DNA of 64,000 nucleotides from Candidatus Dojkabacteria bacterium. Lineage in GTDB: Bacteria; Patescibacteriota; Dojkabacteria; SC72; JAHDCA01. Positions 29,185-38,976 of this stretch are shown one piece after another (position 1 is the stretch's first letter; every line of letters begins with the position of its first letter). The notes under the pieces are model-generated. The model did not search any database and was not told the origin of the DNA. It saw nothing but the letters and a program-made list of their open reading frames with translations. A program made the translations under genes and the position numbers. The stretch spans positions 66,655-130,654 of the forward strand of contig CP129478.1 in assembly GCA_030583845.1 (NCBI GenBank). The letters are read 5' to 3'.

Positions 29185-30231
29185 ATGAAAACAATGAGCA
29201 ACCAATCGAATCAGATAGAAGATGTAAGAAAAGAGCTTGAGCAAGATAGTCAAAATTTATCAGCTGACGAGATAAAGAAGAAATATCTCAGCAAGGGCGG
29301 TATCTTGAACTCCCTTCTAAGGGGCATAAAGGAAGTGGCATTGGAAGAGCGATCAAGATTTGGCAACGAGGCAAACGAATTGAAAAAGCAGATTGAGCAG
29401 ATCATTGATGCAGCCCAGAGTGACAAGCATATTGAGATCTCCACAGGTGAGAAGATCGACGTCACAGCACCATTTGATATCAATACTTCTACCGATAAGC
29501 GACCAGAGCTGATCTCAGCTCGTGGCTCGCAGCATCCACTCACCAAAGAGCTCGAGTATGTACTTGGTGTATTCGAGTCAATGGGATTCAATATTGAAGA
29601 GTGTCGCCAAATCGACAACGACTACAATATGTTCGAGGCATTAAATTTCCCGATCGGTCACCCTGCACGTGACCTGTGGGATACATTCTGGACAGATGAG
29701 AACCTTATACCACCTGCACATACGTCAACGATGCAAAACCGTGTGCTCAGGAATTACGAGATCCCTATTAGAGTTGTAGTACCAGGCCGATGCTTCCGCA
29801 ATGAAGCTACCGATGCCAGCCACGAGCATACACTTCACCAGATTGAGGGTGTGTATGTCGATGAGAATATTTCTGTAGGCGACATGATCGGCACAATTAA
29901 GACATATCTAGAAGCCTTCTTCCAGAAAGAGCTGAAGATTAAGCTTCAGCCTGCATATTTCCCATTTACTGAGCCAGATATTGAATTCTTGATTAATTGT
30001 CCATTCTGCAATGGCACAGGCTGCAGCATATGTGGCGGCACAGGTTGGATTGAGGCGATGGGTTGTGGAATGATCCATCCAAATGTGCTTGAGGAGGCAG
30101 GAATCGACTCGAAGAAATATACAGGGTTTGCCTGGGGATTCGGACTCGACAGGCTGGTGATGATAAAGCATGGTATTGAAGATATAAGGTGGCTGCATAG
30201 CGGAGACCTAGATTTCATTAAAAAATTTTAG
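29185..30231 (+). CDS. pheS: phenylalanine--tRNA ligase alpha subunit
   Basis: Class-II core with FPFTEPD and the Cys-rich CPFCNGTGCSICGGTGW insert. GFAWGFGLDRL motif 3. Confidence 0.9.
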   Translation: MKTMSNQSNQIEDVRKELEQDSQNLSADEIKKKYLSKGGILNSLLRGIKEVALEERSRFGNEANELKKQIEQIIDAAQSDKHIEISTGEKIDVTAPFDINTSTDKRPELISARGSQHPLTKELEYVLGVFESMGFNIEECRQIDNDYNMFEALNFPIGHPARDLWDTFWTDENLIPPAHTSTMQNRVLRNYEIPIRVVVPGRCFRNEATDASHEHTLHQIEGVYVDENISVGDMIGTIKTYLEAFFQKELKIKLQPAYFPFTEPDIEFLINCPFCNGTGCSICGGTGWIEAMGCGMIHPNVLEEAGIDSKKYTGFAWGFGLDRLVMIKHGIEDIRWLHSGDLDFIKKF

Positions 30232-30272
30232 CTTGATCGGGTTTTAACTTCATTAATTTTTAACCGCAAAAC

Positions 30273-32801
30273 ATGAAAATTTCATTAAACTGGATAAAAG
30301 AGCTCACACAGATAAACCTATTGACCGAAGAGTTTGTTGCACGCGTCCGAGCCCGAGTAGGTGAGGTCGAGGAGGTTATTGAGTATGACAAGAAGTACCA
30401 GAAGACTTTGCTTGCCCAGATCAAGGAGAAGCAGGAGCATCCAGAAGCCGACAAGCTGGCAATCTACAAGCTCGACATTGGGAGCGGCACAGATGTACAG
30501 GTAGTAGCTGGCGATAAAACGCTCGAAGTAGGTGACAAGGTCGCATATTTCCCACCGGAGACAGCGATCCCATACAACCCTAAGCCAGAGGAGCAAGGAA
30601 ACATCGTCAAGAAAGTGAAATTGCGAGGGATAGAGTCTAACGGTATGATCGCCTCTGCACGTGAGCTCGACATAAGCAACAACCACGAGCGGGTGATGCG
30701 GATGCACACAGATATGGCTCCAGGCACATCGATCAGCGAAGTGCTTGAGATGAATGATGTAGTCATTGATATCGAAAATAAGGCTCTAGCCAACCGTGCT
30801 GATTGCTTCGGGATCATTGGAATCGCTCGCGAAGCAGCGGGAATCCAAGGGCTAGAATTCAAATCGCCAGATTGGTATCTGGACCCGACAATTGAGCGAC
30901 CCGACACAGCTAGCAAAGAGGGTGGATTAGCTCTTAAAGTTGACAACCAGGCTGACAATCTCTGTCCACGCTATATGGCAGCAGTGATGTCAGGCATCCA
31001 GATAAAAGAATCGCCACTTTGGCTCCAGTCCAAGCTTGTAAAGTCGGGAGTACGCCCAATCAACAATATTGTCGACATCACCAACTACATCATGCTGCTT
31101 ACCGGGCAACCGCTTCATGCTTTCGACTACGACAAGCTGAAGGCAAAAGATACAAATGCCAAGGATAGCGCATATATAATTGTACGCCGTGCCAACACCG
31201 GTGAGGTTATCACAACACTCGACGGTAAGACTCATGAGCTCAACGACAGCAATGTAGTGATCTGCGATAGCTCCCACCCTGTGGCTATCGGAGGAGTAAT
31301 GGGCGGCCTCGATACTGAGATTGATGAAAACAGCAAGAACATCATTATCGAGTCAGCCAATTTCGAGAAGTCAAATATACGACGCACCTCGATGCAATTT
31401 GGACTGTTCTCTGAAGCTGTAACTAGATTTACCAAAGGCCAAGATCCGAATAAGTGCGAGAATGCTCTGTACCACGCCGTAAAGATGGTGGAAGAGCTGG
31501 CCAATGGCCAAGTTGCAGACAAGGTGCACGACATATATCAGCATCTCAGCGAGCCTCGACAGATCTCGGTCTCACTTGTGCGAGCTAACACGCATCTAGG
31601 TACAGAATTGAGCAGCGATGAGATCCACCAGATTTTAGAAAATGTTGAGCTACACAACCGAATGCTTGATGATGATCAGATGATTGTTGATATCCCGACA
31701 TACCGCAAAGATCTCCAGATCCCTGAAGATATCCACGAAGAGATCGGCCGACAGTACGGTTACGATAATATTCAAGTCACACTTCCAGGAAGGACATTGA
31801 TGCCGGCTGCTAAGAACCCAATCGTGGAGGTGCAGAAGTCAATTAGAAAGGCACTAACCGCAGCAGGGGCTGACGAGATCCTCACTTACAACTTCCGAGG
31901 CGCTGCTGATTTTGAGAACTTCAATCAGGATATTAAAAATGCATATCATATCAAGAATGCCCTATCGCCCGAGCTAGAGTATATGCGTACAAGCATCCTC
32001 CCATCAGTGTTAGAGAAGGTTAAGCTCAACTCCGTACGAGGCAAGTCGCACTTCGCGCTGTTCGAGATAAATAAATCCCATTCCAAGCTGAATGTAGACA
32101 AAGATGGCCTCCCGGTTGAGCAGCAGAGCGTTGCTTTTGGTATATCTATGGATGATAAGAGCGCCAAAGCTCAATACTCTGGATCGCCATACTATTTGGC
32201 CAAGCAGTATCTGGACGAGCTTATGCGAAGCCTAAATATCAATAGATACTCATATGAGCATCTAGCAGAGCTGCAGCTTGCCACATTGCCGTACTGGATC
32301 CAAAATCTTGTGCCACTTTTTAACAACAACGCTACAGCGATCGTGATAGCAGAGCGAGAAGGGGAGAAGAGCTATCTTGGAATTGTTGGCGATCTTAACC
32401 CAGTAGTGAAGAGTGATAACGGGCTAGCTCAGAACAGTGCAGGCTTCGAAATAGAGATAAAGGAGTTACAATACATAAATGATGGCGTGAGCAGCTATAG
32501 CGAGCCATCGAGATATCCTGCGGTCGTCGAGGATATCTGCTTCATAGTCGATAACTCAGTCCCAGCAGCCTATTTGCAGCAGGTAGGAGCAAAAGCCGTT
32601 GAGAGTAAAGAGCTTGTATCGAATGTATCGATTCTCGACATCTATCAGACAGATGAGCAGAAGAAGCAGGAGAAGAAGCAAGTCACGATCAGCATCATGC
32701 TTCAACATAAGGAGAAAACATTATCCGGGGAAGATGTATCAGCACTAGTGGGCAAAGTGTCCGATAAGGTCACCAAAGCAACTGGCGGGAAGGTAAAATA
32801 A
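30273..32801 (+). CDS. pheT: phenylalanine--tRNA ligase beta subunit
   Basis: 842 aa. N-terminal tRNA-binding domain, B3/B4 and B5 domains and a C-terminal FDX-ACB domain. Immediately downstream of pheS. Confidence 0.9.
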   Translation: MKISLNWIKELTQINLLTEEFVARVRARVGEVEEVIEYDKKYQKTLLAQIKEKQEHPEADKLAIYKLDIGSGTDVQVVAGDKTLEVGDKVAYFPPETAIPYNPKPEEQGNIVKKVKLRGIESNGMIASARELDISNNHERVMRMHTDMAPGTSISEVLEMNDVVIDIENKALANRADCFGIIGIAREAAGIQGLEFKSPDWYLDPTIERPDTASKEGGLALKVDNQADNLCPRYMAAVMSGIQIKESPLWLQSKLVKSGVRPINNIVDITNYIMLLTGQPLHAFDYDKLKAKDTNAKDSAYIIVRRANTGEVITTLDGKTHELNDSNVVICDSSHPVAIGGVMGGLDTEIDENSKNIIIESANFEKSNIRRTSMQFGLFSEAVTRFTKGQDPNKCENALYHAVKMVEELANGQVADKVHDIYQHLSEPRQISVSLVRANTHLGTELSSDEIHQILENVELHNRMLDDDQMIVDIPTYRKDLQIPEDIHEEIGRQYGYDNIQVTLPGRTLMPAAKNPIVEVQKSIRKALTAAGADEILTYNFRGAADFENFNQDIKNAYHIKNALSPELEYMRTSILPSVLEKVKLNSVRGKSHFALFEINKSHSKLNVDKDGLPVEQQSVAFGISMDDKSAKAQYSGSPYYLAKQYLDELMRSLNINRYSYEHLAELQLATLPYWIQNLVPLFNNNATAIVIAEREGEKSYLGIVGDLNPVVKSDNGLAQNSAGFEIEIKELQYINDGVSSYSEPSRYPAVVEDICFIVDNSVPAAYLQQVGAKAVESKELVSNVSILDIYQTDEQKKQEKKQVTISIMLQHKEKTLSGEDVSALVGKVSDKVTKATGGKVK

Positions 32802-32922
32802 CTAGTCCCGCTAACTTATAGTATGGTTTCAGGAATCATAACAATGATCAATCGCTTGTAGCTGATGAAAAAACAACATATGATCGGAGCATATACACGC
32901 TATAAGTTAGCGGGACTAGTTA
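32799..32922. repeat. interspersed IR element, MITE-like copy (23-bp terminal inverted repeats TAACTAGTCCCGCTAACTTATAG flanking a 78-bp core)
   Basis: Left arm at 32799-32821 and right arm at 32900-32922. The TAA stop of pheT and the TAG stop of the convergent PBP1A gene both lie inside the terminal repeats. Confidence 0.85.
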
Positions 32923-35900
32923 ACCCTTATAGTAATCTCTGAAACAATAATCGTAGTACCGCTGACAGAGCGAGCAGTTACAGTATACTCCCCATCTCCA
33001 GCGCCAATATCGTTCCAGTTAACGCTCCAACCACCGTTAGAGCTGTTGTCAGTATAGGTTCTTGTGTAATCAACATCTACCCCCTGAATTACAAATGTCA
33101 CACTCAACGGTGTGAAGCCAGAGGCTGTAACCTCTAAGGCATGAGGTATCGAGATAGTCTGATTGTTGGTTGGGGTGACCCAGTTCAACGATCCAGCATT
33201 GCCTGTGACAGTCACATTGATGCTAGTTGTACCTATTCGACCTGCGCTATCTACAGCACGTGCTGTGACTAGCATATTTCCAGCTACCCGGCCCGATGGT
33301 ACTGTGTACCTCAGCTGATATGGTGAGCTATCGTCTTCAATATCTACAGGTGAGCCATCGATCAGAAGCTCTACATAGTTTAGCGACCCTGTGAATCGGA
33401 CGTCTACATCAACCACGAGCTGCTCGCCAGCATCGATTGATGAGCCGGTGGCAGGAGAAGTGATTGTTGGGACAGGCTCGCCATTTGGACCTAGCGGTAG
33501 GTCACAGTTTGCTGACTCAGGCTGATTGAATACGAACATTCTTCGTCCATCGGTCTCAAGGTTGTCAAAGAATGCAGCAATAGTGCCCAGCTGTGCTCCG
33601 TTTTCTGGTGTGAAATTCAACCAGGTCTTGTCTTCTAGTATGTCGGGGAACTGTGAGGCTTGGTTGTAGTTTGATGCTATCTTGCCGTTTGAGCGGCATA
33701 TATGAGCAGTTTCCCGTTTATCCTCTCCAGGCTTGCGGGAATTCACATAAACTGTTTTCTCCTTCGAACAAGGAGTACTGTCGGAAGCCAGCCTTCCGGT
33801 ATCTCTACACACCTGGCCCTCGCTGACATTGGCCGGGCGTGAGTATAACTGTGAGGGATACTTACTTGAGACCCTCTCCATAAATGAGTGAGCAATAGGC
33901 AATGGCACAGTAGTGCTCCATGCACCAGGAACTTCTTCACCGTTGTTATTGCCGGCCCATACGCCGACTACCAGATTTTTATGATACTGCATAGATACAA
34001 GGTCCTTTGGACCGTTGGTTGTACCGGTCTTACCACAGATTGCTGGCTTACCACCGATATTATAGTAATACTGTGGTGCGCTACGCATGATCTGATCGCT
34101 GTGTGCACCAAGATCGCATAATGTCCAGTTCAATAGGTAGATATCCTCTTCCGAGAAGATTCTTTCACTCTTTTCCTCATACTCCTTTAACACCTCACCC
34201 TTTGAGTTTTCGACTTTTAGAAACGGCGTCACATCGCGCTTAATACCACCGGTGGCAAATATAGAGTATGCACCGGCATGCTCAAGAAGCGACATCTCAG
34301 CAGTTCCCAATGTGAAGCTAAGGCCATAGTTGCTTGGATCTCCGAGAGTTGTGATACCCATCTTCTCCATGTTAGCCATGACATTTTCCAGCCCGACAGC
34401 TTGCAATGTGTAAACCGCCGGTCGGTTTCTTGATTTCACAAGTGCTTCACGAGCAGTCATGATTCCCAAGGTCTTGGTATCCCAGTTTGGTGGGTTATAG
34501 TTACCGAAGCTCATCTCTGCAATGTCAGGGGCGGACATCCATGGGCCCCATCGCTGGAAAGCAGTAAAGTATGTGTATGACTTTACCGAAGAGCCTTGCT
34601 GCCTCAGAGCAGTTGTAACATTTACATTTCCGTCGATCCTCGGATCATCGGTGATTGTCGGGTCGACCGAGCCGACCATGGCAAGTATCTGGCCGGTGTT
34701 TGGGTCAATCGCGACCAATGCACCGTTGTAGACGCCCCATTTATTTCCATACTGCTTTATACCGTTCCTGATCTCCTCTTCGGCGACAATCTGGGTCGAC
34801 ATATCAAGTGTAGTTGTAACTTTCAGTCCTCCACGAGTTAGCATCTCATGGCCGAATTCCTGCTCGAGCTGCTGCTGTACATAGAATACGAAATGATAAG
34901 CTGGAATATCGTTGGTCAAAGTCTTGTAAACGATCTCTTCTTCAGCAGCTGCCTGGAGCTCTTCCTCGGATACTCCGGTCAGCTTCTTATGCTTCGACAT
35001 CTGATCGAGTACATATGCCTGTCTTACCTTTGCGCCTTCCTGCTCAACACCATAGATTGGTGCATAGTAGGTAGGGCTCTGGATCATCCCTGCGAGCATT
35101 GCGCTTTCAGCAAGTGTAAGATCACGGATATCCTTGCCGAAGTAGGCCTTCGAGGCAGACTGGAAGCCATAGTTTACGCTTCCCATAAACACCTCGTTCA
35201 TGTAAAGCTGGAGGATTTCATCTTTTGTGAATGTCTGCTCAACCTGCATGGTCAGTAGCATCTCTTTAAGCTTTCGCCTTGCAGCTTTTAGGAAATTGCT
35301 TCTCTCATAACACTCATCTCCGAATGCTTCATAACAGAGCGTGTTTCTTACCAACTGCTGGGAGATCGTGCTAGCACCACACACATCACCCGAGCCGGTG
35401 AGATACGATCTAGTGCTTTTAATACCACAACTTGTTATACCCTTCCAGTCGAGACCCTTATGCTCGTAGAATTCCACATCCTCAGCGGCAAGCAGTGCCC
35501 ATTTTGTGTGCTCTGGAATATCCTCCAGATCAACAAACTCGCGATTTTCTTCGGAGTAAACCTTAAAGAGCTCTTTCTTGCCGGTTCTATCATAAATTAT
35601 CGTGCTTCCGGCTACATCTCTCTCAATCAGCTTATCCGGATCAGGTAGCGATTGCTGCAGACCTTTCAAATATATGCCTAAAGCTATAAATGCAATTGCG
35701 GTTGTGACAAACGCAAATCCAAACATATATGCAAACAGCCTCTTGAAAAATAGCTTTCTATTCTTGGCTCCTGCTGATGGGCGTCCGCTACTTTTCGGCT
35801 TCTTGCCCACAAATCCGTTCCAAAGCTGGCCAATATTGGTCATGCTATTAAAGCGCCTCATGGTGGAGCGACCACTGGTGCGGCTTGCTGAGTGGCTGAT

Positions 35901-36050
35901 ATTTCCTGGCGATTTGTAGTTATGGGCGGATGAACGCTTATGCGCGGCGACAGAAGAGGCCCGAATCCTTCTCGGTGATGGCCTTCTCATGCGTCTACTT
36001 GCGTGTGCGCCAGTTGGGTTGTGGTCTGTAAATCCCATGTTGTATTTCAT
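32916..36050 (-). CDS. bifunctional class-A penicillin-binding protein (PBP1A-type glycosyltransferase/transpeptidase) with C-terminal Ig-like domains
   Basis: GT51 motif AAEDVEFYEHKGLD. Transpeptidase KTG motif (CGKTGTT). Arg-rich N-terminal tail and TM. About 300 aa of C-terminal beta-rich Ig-like repeats. Confidence 0.85.
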   Translation of the reverse strand: MKYNMGFTDHNPTGAHASRRMRRPSPRRIRASSVAAHKRSSAHNYKSPGNISHSASRTSGRSTMRRFNSMTNIGQLWNGFVGKKPKSSGRPSAGAKNRKLFFKRLFAYMFGFAFVTTAIAFIALGIYLKGLQQSLPDPDKLIERDVAGSTIIYDRTGKKELFKVYSEENREFVDLEDIPEHTKWALLAAEDVEFYEHKGLDWKGITSCGIKSTRSYLTGSGDVCGASTISQQLVRNTLCYEAFGDECYERSNFLKAARRKLKEMLLTMQVEQTFTKDEILQLYMNEVFMGSVNYGFQSASKAYFGKDIRDLTLAESAMLAGMIQSPTYYAPIYGVEQEGAKVRQAYVLDQMSKHKKLTGVSEEELQAAAEEEIVYKTLTNDIPAYHFVFYVQQQLEQEFGHEMLTRGGLKVTTTLDMSTQIVAEEEIRNGIKQYGNKWGVYNGALVAIDPNTGQILAMVGSVDPTITDDPRIDGNVNVTTALRQQGSSVKSYTYFTAFQRWGPWMSAPDIAEMSFGNYNPPNWDTKTLGIMTAREALVKSRNRPAVYTLQAVGLENVMANMEKMGITTLGDPSNYGLSFTLGTAEMSLLEHAGAYSIFATGGIKRDVTPFLKVENSKGEVLKEYEEKSERIFSEEDIYLLNWTLCDLGAHSDQIMRSAPQYYYNIGGKPAICGKTGTTNGPKDLVSMQYHKNLVVGVWAGNNNGEEVPGAWSTTVPLPIAHSFMERVSSKYPSQLYSRPANVSEGQVCRDTGRLASDSTPCSKEKTVYVNSRKPGEDKRETAHICRSNGKIASNYNQASQFPDILEDKTWLNFTPENGAQLGTIAAFFDNLETDGRRMFVFNQPESANCDLPLGPNGEPVPTITSPATGSSIDAGEQLVVDVDVRFTGSLNYVELLIDGSPVDIEDDSSPYQLRYTVPSGRVAGNMLVTARAVDSAGRIGTTSINVTVTGNAGSLNWVTPTNNQTISIPHALEVTASGFTPLSVTFVIQGVDVDYTRTYTDNSSNGGWSVNWNDIGAGDGEYTVTARSVSGTTIIVSEITIRVN

Positions 36051-36087
36051 CGTGTATGATTATACGCAACATTAAATGAATAGTCAC

Positions 36088-36151
36088 TCCGACAACCTAA
36101 CGTTTAAAAATAGTTGCGAGCAAATTGTTTTTAAGCGTTAGGTTGTCGGAG
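36088..36151. repeat. 24-bp inverted repeat (1 mismatch) forming a strong hairpin
   Basis: CTCCGACAACCTAACGTTTAAAAA ... TTTTTAAGCGTTAGGTTGTCGGAG. It overlaps the stop of the 36138-36908 gene and lies upstream of a TATAAT element (minus strand) before PBP1A. Confidence 0.7.
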
Positions 36152-36908
36152 GGCGCACGTACTTTGAGTCTGGAGTTGAGAGTTTTCCCAAGCCTGCATA
36201 TCCGTTGTACAACGCCTTAAATTTCTCTAAATTTTTAGATACTGTCAACCATAGCCACACACCAAGCGCCAAAACTACAGCTCCAAAAAAGAAGTTGAGG
36301 GCGCTATTGACTACATCGGGCATGATTGGGTACAAGAACAGCCTTATCAAGAGATAAATTACAAAAATCACTACAAAAGCAAGAATGGTTTTCTGGTTAA
36401 ATCGGGTAAAGTTGCCATCGACCATCTCCTGGAGCATCCCCTCCGAGCTCTGGTTGCGCTGGTAATTCTTAATCATGCGCGTCATTGCCCATACCTGATA
36501 TGCTTTCTGTACCTCAAACCCTTTGCGCAACGTAAAATCCTTAGGTACCTGATTTGGCTCCGTTACTGCCATTCTGGGCAATTCCTCAAAGGCACGCATC
36601 TTGTCGAGGTCCTCGCGCTTATCTGCAAAATAGTAGAATTTCCCCTCAAGAAACTGCTGCACGATGCTAAATTTCGGGACCTCGCCTAGATACTCAATGT
36701 CAAGCTCGCCAAAGTTATAGATCTCTAGAATCTCGTCGTAGCTTACAATAAAGTGGCTCTGGGTGAGATATAGGGTAGGGGTGACAAAATCGATCACATT
36801 GGTGTCTAGCGGGACAATTTCGAATTTGGTAATAATAGCTTCACCGCGGGCGGCCTTGCTAACGTTTGCTTCTTTTGTCTCAAGCGGGTCGAGTCGGACA
36901 GATATCAT
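36138..36908 (-). CDS. hypothetical membrane protein (two C-terminal TM helices)
   Basis: 256 aa with no catalytic motif recognised. Confidence 0.35.
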   Translation of the reverse strand: MISVRLDPLETKEANVSKAARGEAIITKFEIVPLDTNVIDFVTPTLYLTQSHFIVSYDEILEIYNFGELDIEYLGEVPKFSIVQQFLEGKFYYFADKREDLDKMRAFEELPRMAVTEPNQVPKDFTLRKGFEVQKAYQVWAMTRMIKNYQRNQSSEGMLQEMVDGNFTRFNQKTILAFVVIFVIYLLIRLFLYPIMPDVVNSALNFFFGAVVLALGVWLWLTVSKNLEKFKALYNGYAGLGKLSTPDSKYVRPPTT

Positions 36909-36921
36909 GCTTTATCTTACC

Positions 36922-37069
36922 CCGCTAACTTATAGAACACAACATATTAACCCTAGAAGCCGCAAATATAGCCCAAACTTTCCATTTCATGAAAATATAA
37001 TTAAATAATATGCTAAAATCGTTAATTCCCAGCTAAATATTTAATCTTCAGCGCATTATAAGTTAGCGG
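36922..37069. repeat. interspersed IR element (13-bp arms CCGCTAACTTATA flanking a 122-bp AT-rich core)
   Basis: Arms at 36922-36934 and 37057-37069. The element spans the divergent promoter region, and its right arm abuts the ATG of the M16 peptidase gene (37071). Confidence 0.8.
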
Positions 37070-37070
37070 C

Positions 37071-38369
37071 ATGAGATACAGGCACGAAACATTAAAAAAT
37101 GGATTGAGGGTGCTGGCAATCGGCACACCACAATTTAAATCGATCAACGTCCAGGTAAAGCTGCACGGCGGCCCATCGCTTGAGACCAAGAAAAACAATG
37201 GTATAAGCCATTTCGTAGAGCACATGGTGCTTGAAGGTGGCAAGCTGCACCCAGATAAGAACAAGTTTGACGAAGAGATCGAGCTGCTAGGAGGCGACTA
37301 CAATGGCTACACCTCTCACTATTCAGTTGGATTTACAATCTCAGTGCCGGATACCCACCTGCACTATGCGGTGGAGTACATGTACGATGTTTGCTTCCAG
37401 CCCACATTTCCAGAGGAGAGGCTCGAGAAGGAGCGCACAGCAATACTCGACGAGATTCACAATTATGAGAGCCGCCCAAACAGGAAATACTCAGATTTCT
37501 ACAGGAAGACTCGCTACCTAAACAACAGCGCACCGCTCCCGATTGTGGGCAAAGCGTCGCATGTCTCCAAAATGAGCCGCACAGCCTTGATGGAGTGGCA
37601 TAAAAAGCTGTTCGTTCCAGATAACATGACGATCTGCATAGTCGGCAATATCGACCCAGACGAGGCTGTGAGATATGTGGAGGAGGCATTTGGTGTAGAA
37701 AAAGCCTCAGGCCTAGATTTCCAGAAGGAGACGGCAACTTCGGAGCTATCGGGAAGGAGCATCAAGACCCAAGTTGATACGAATGAGACAAAGTCGATTG
37801 GCGCTATCACATTGCCAAGCTTAGAGCTACGACTGGATAATTTCAAAGAAAGACTGACTCTGTCGATGATTGCAGCTATATTTGCCAACTATAGAAGCAG
37901 CGTGCTATTTAAGAAGCTCCGAAAGGAGACAGGCATGATCTACTCGATCGGGGGAAGCTTCTCATCGGCGCTGAACGAGCCCGGCTATTTCGATATCGAT
38001 TTCACCACCTCAGACGACAAGATAATCACAGTGTACGAGATGGTATTTGAAGAGATTAAAAGATTGCTCAGAGATGGGTTCACAGAGAGAGAGCTGCAGA
38101 TCGGGATCGAGGGGAGCATCAATAGCCTCAAGATGGGGTGTAGCTCAATATCTGACTTCACCGACTGGTATATGCCTGGTATCTTCTGGTTTAACCGCTT
38201 CATGACCATAGAAGAGGAGATAAAGATGAAGGAGAGCATCACACTCGACGAGACAAATGCACTGTTCAGAGAGACTTTTAAGTGGGATAGGGTGAACATC
38301 ATAAGCAGGGTAAATAGCCCTTCGGTACGGACGAAATTGAACAGAAAGCTCGAGGAAGTCGTGCGCTAG
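37071..38369 (+). CDS. M16-family (insulinase/pitrilysin-like) zinc peptidase
   Basis: Inverted zinc motif HFVEHMVLEG (HxxEH). Length 432 aa. Confidence 0.75.
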   Translation: MRYRHETLKNGLRVLAIGTPQFKSINVQVKLHGGPSLETKKNNGISHFVEHMVLEGGKLHPDKNKFDEEIELLGGDYNGYTSHYSVGFTISVPDTHLHYAVEYMYDVCFQPTFPEERLEKERTAILDEIHNYESRPNRKYSDFYRKTRYLNNSAPLPIVGKASHVSKMSRTALMEWHKKLFVPDNMTICIVGNIDPDEAVRYVEEAFGVEKASGLDFQKETATSELSGRSIKTQVDTNETKSIGAITLPSLELRLDNFKERLTLSMIAAIFANYRSSVLFKKLRKETGMIYSIGGSFSSALNEPGYFDIDFTTSDDKIITVYEMVFEEIKRLLRDGFTERELQIGIEGSINSLKMGCSSISDFTDWYMPGIFWFNRFMTIEEEIKMKESITLDETNALFRETFKWDRVNIISRVNSPSVRTKLNRKLEEVVR

Positions 38370-38488
38370 CAGCGCTACAAACACACCCTACGAGGAAATC
38401 GACACTTTGTGCCGCCCAATGTTTAATTAACCCCTTCAGTAAGCCGGATCATTGACATCGTCATGCGTTGACAATATAATTATAGATC

Positions 38489-38803
38489 ATGAATAAGCGA
38501 AAAACGCATGAATCTGTCCGGAAACTTTACCAAGCTTTCCTAACAATACAGAGCGAAGAGGAGTGTAGATCTTTTCTCCGTGATTTGATGACCGAGCAGG
38601 AGATCGAGACTTTTGCGTCGAGACTTTACGCCGCTGAGCACCTATTAAAAGACGATATGTCATACAGAGATATAAGCAAAGAAACAGGAATAAGCACGAC
38701 TACAATCACCAGGATCAATTACTGGCTAGAGCATGGCATGGGTGCATTTGAAGTTGTTCTCAATCGGCTCAACTCATCCGCCAAGGGTAAGCATCACCGC
38801 TAA
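38489..38803 (+). CDS. TrpR-like YerC/YecD-family DNA-binding protein
   Basis: SYRDISKETGISTTTITRINYWLEHG HTH characteristic of the TrpR/YerC family. Confidence 0.6.
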   Translation: MNKRKTHESVRKLYQAFLTIQSEEECRSFLRDLMTEQEIETFASRLYAAEHLLKDDMSYRDISKETGISTTTITRINYWLEHGMGAFEVVLNRLNSSAKGKHHR

Positions 38804-38855
38804 GGCAAAACTTATACGGCTATACTTTACATAGCCACTTTTCACTTTAATTCAT

Positions 38856-38960
38856 TCACCCGACCACTTAGCGTCGATAAAAAAACAATCGGATCAACAC
38901 AGCAAGCTCGAGAGATGGCTAACACAGCTTTTCCTATCTATCGGAGCTAAGTGGTCGGGT
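38856..38960. repeat. 16-bp perfect inverted repeat pair (CACCCGACCACTTAGC / GCTAAGTGGTCGGGTG) with a 73-bp spacer, upstream of hisS
   Basis: Arms at 38856-38871 and 38945-38960. A related AGTGGTCGGG core also occurs at 19604-19615. Confidence 0.7.
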
Positions 38961-38976
38961 GATATACTAAACCAAT

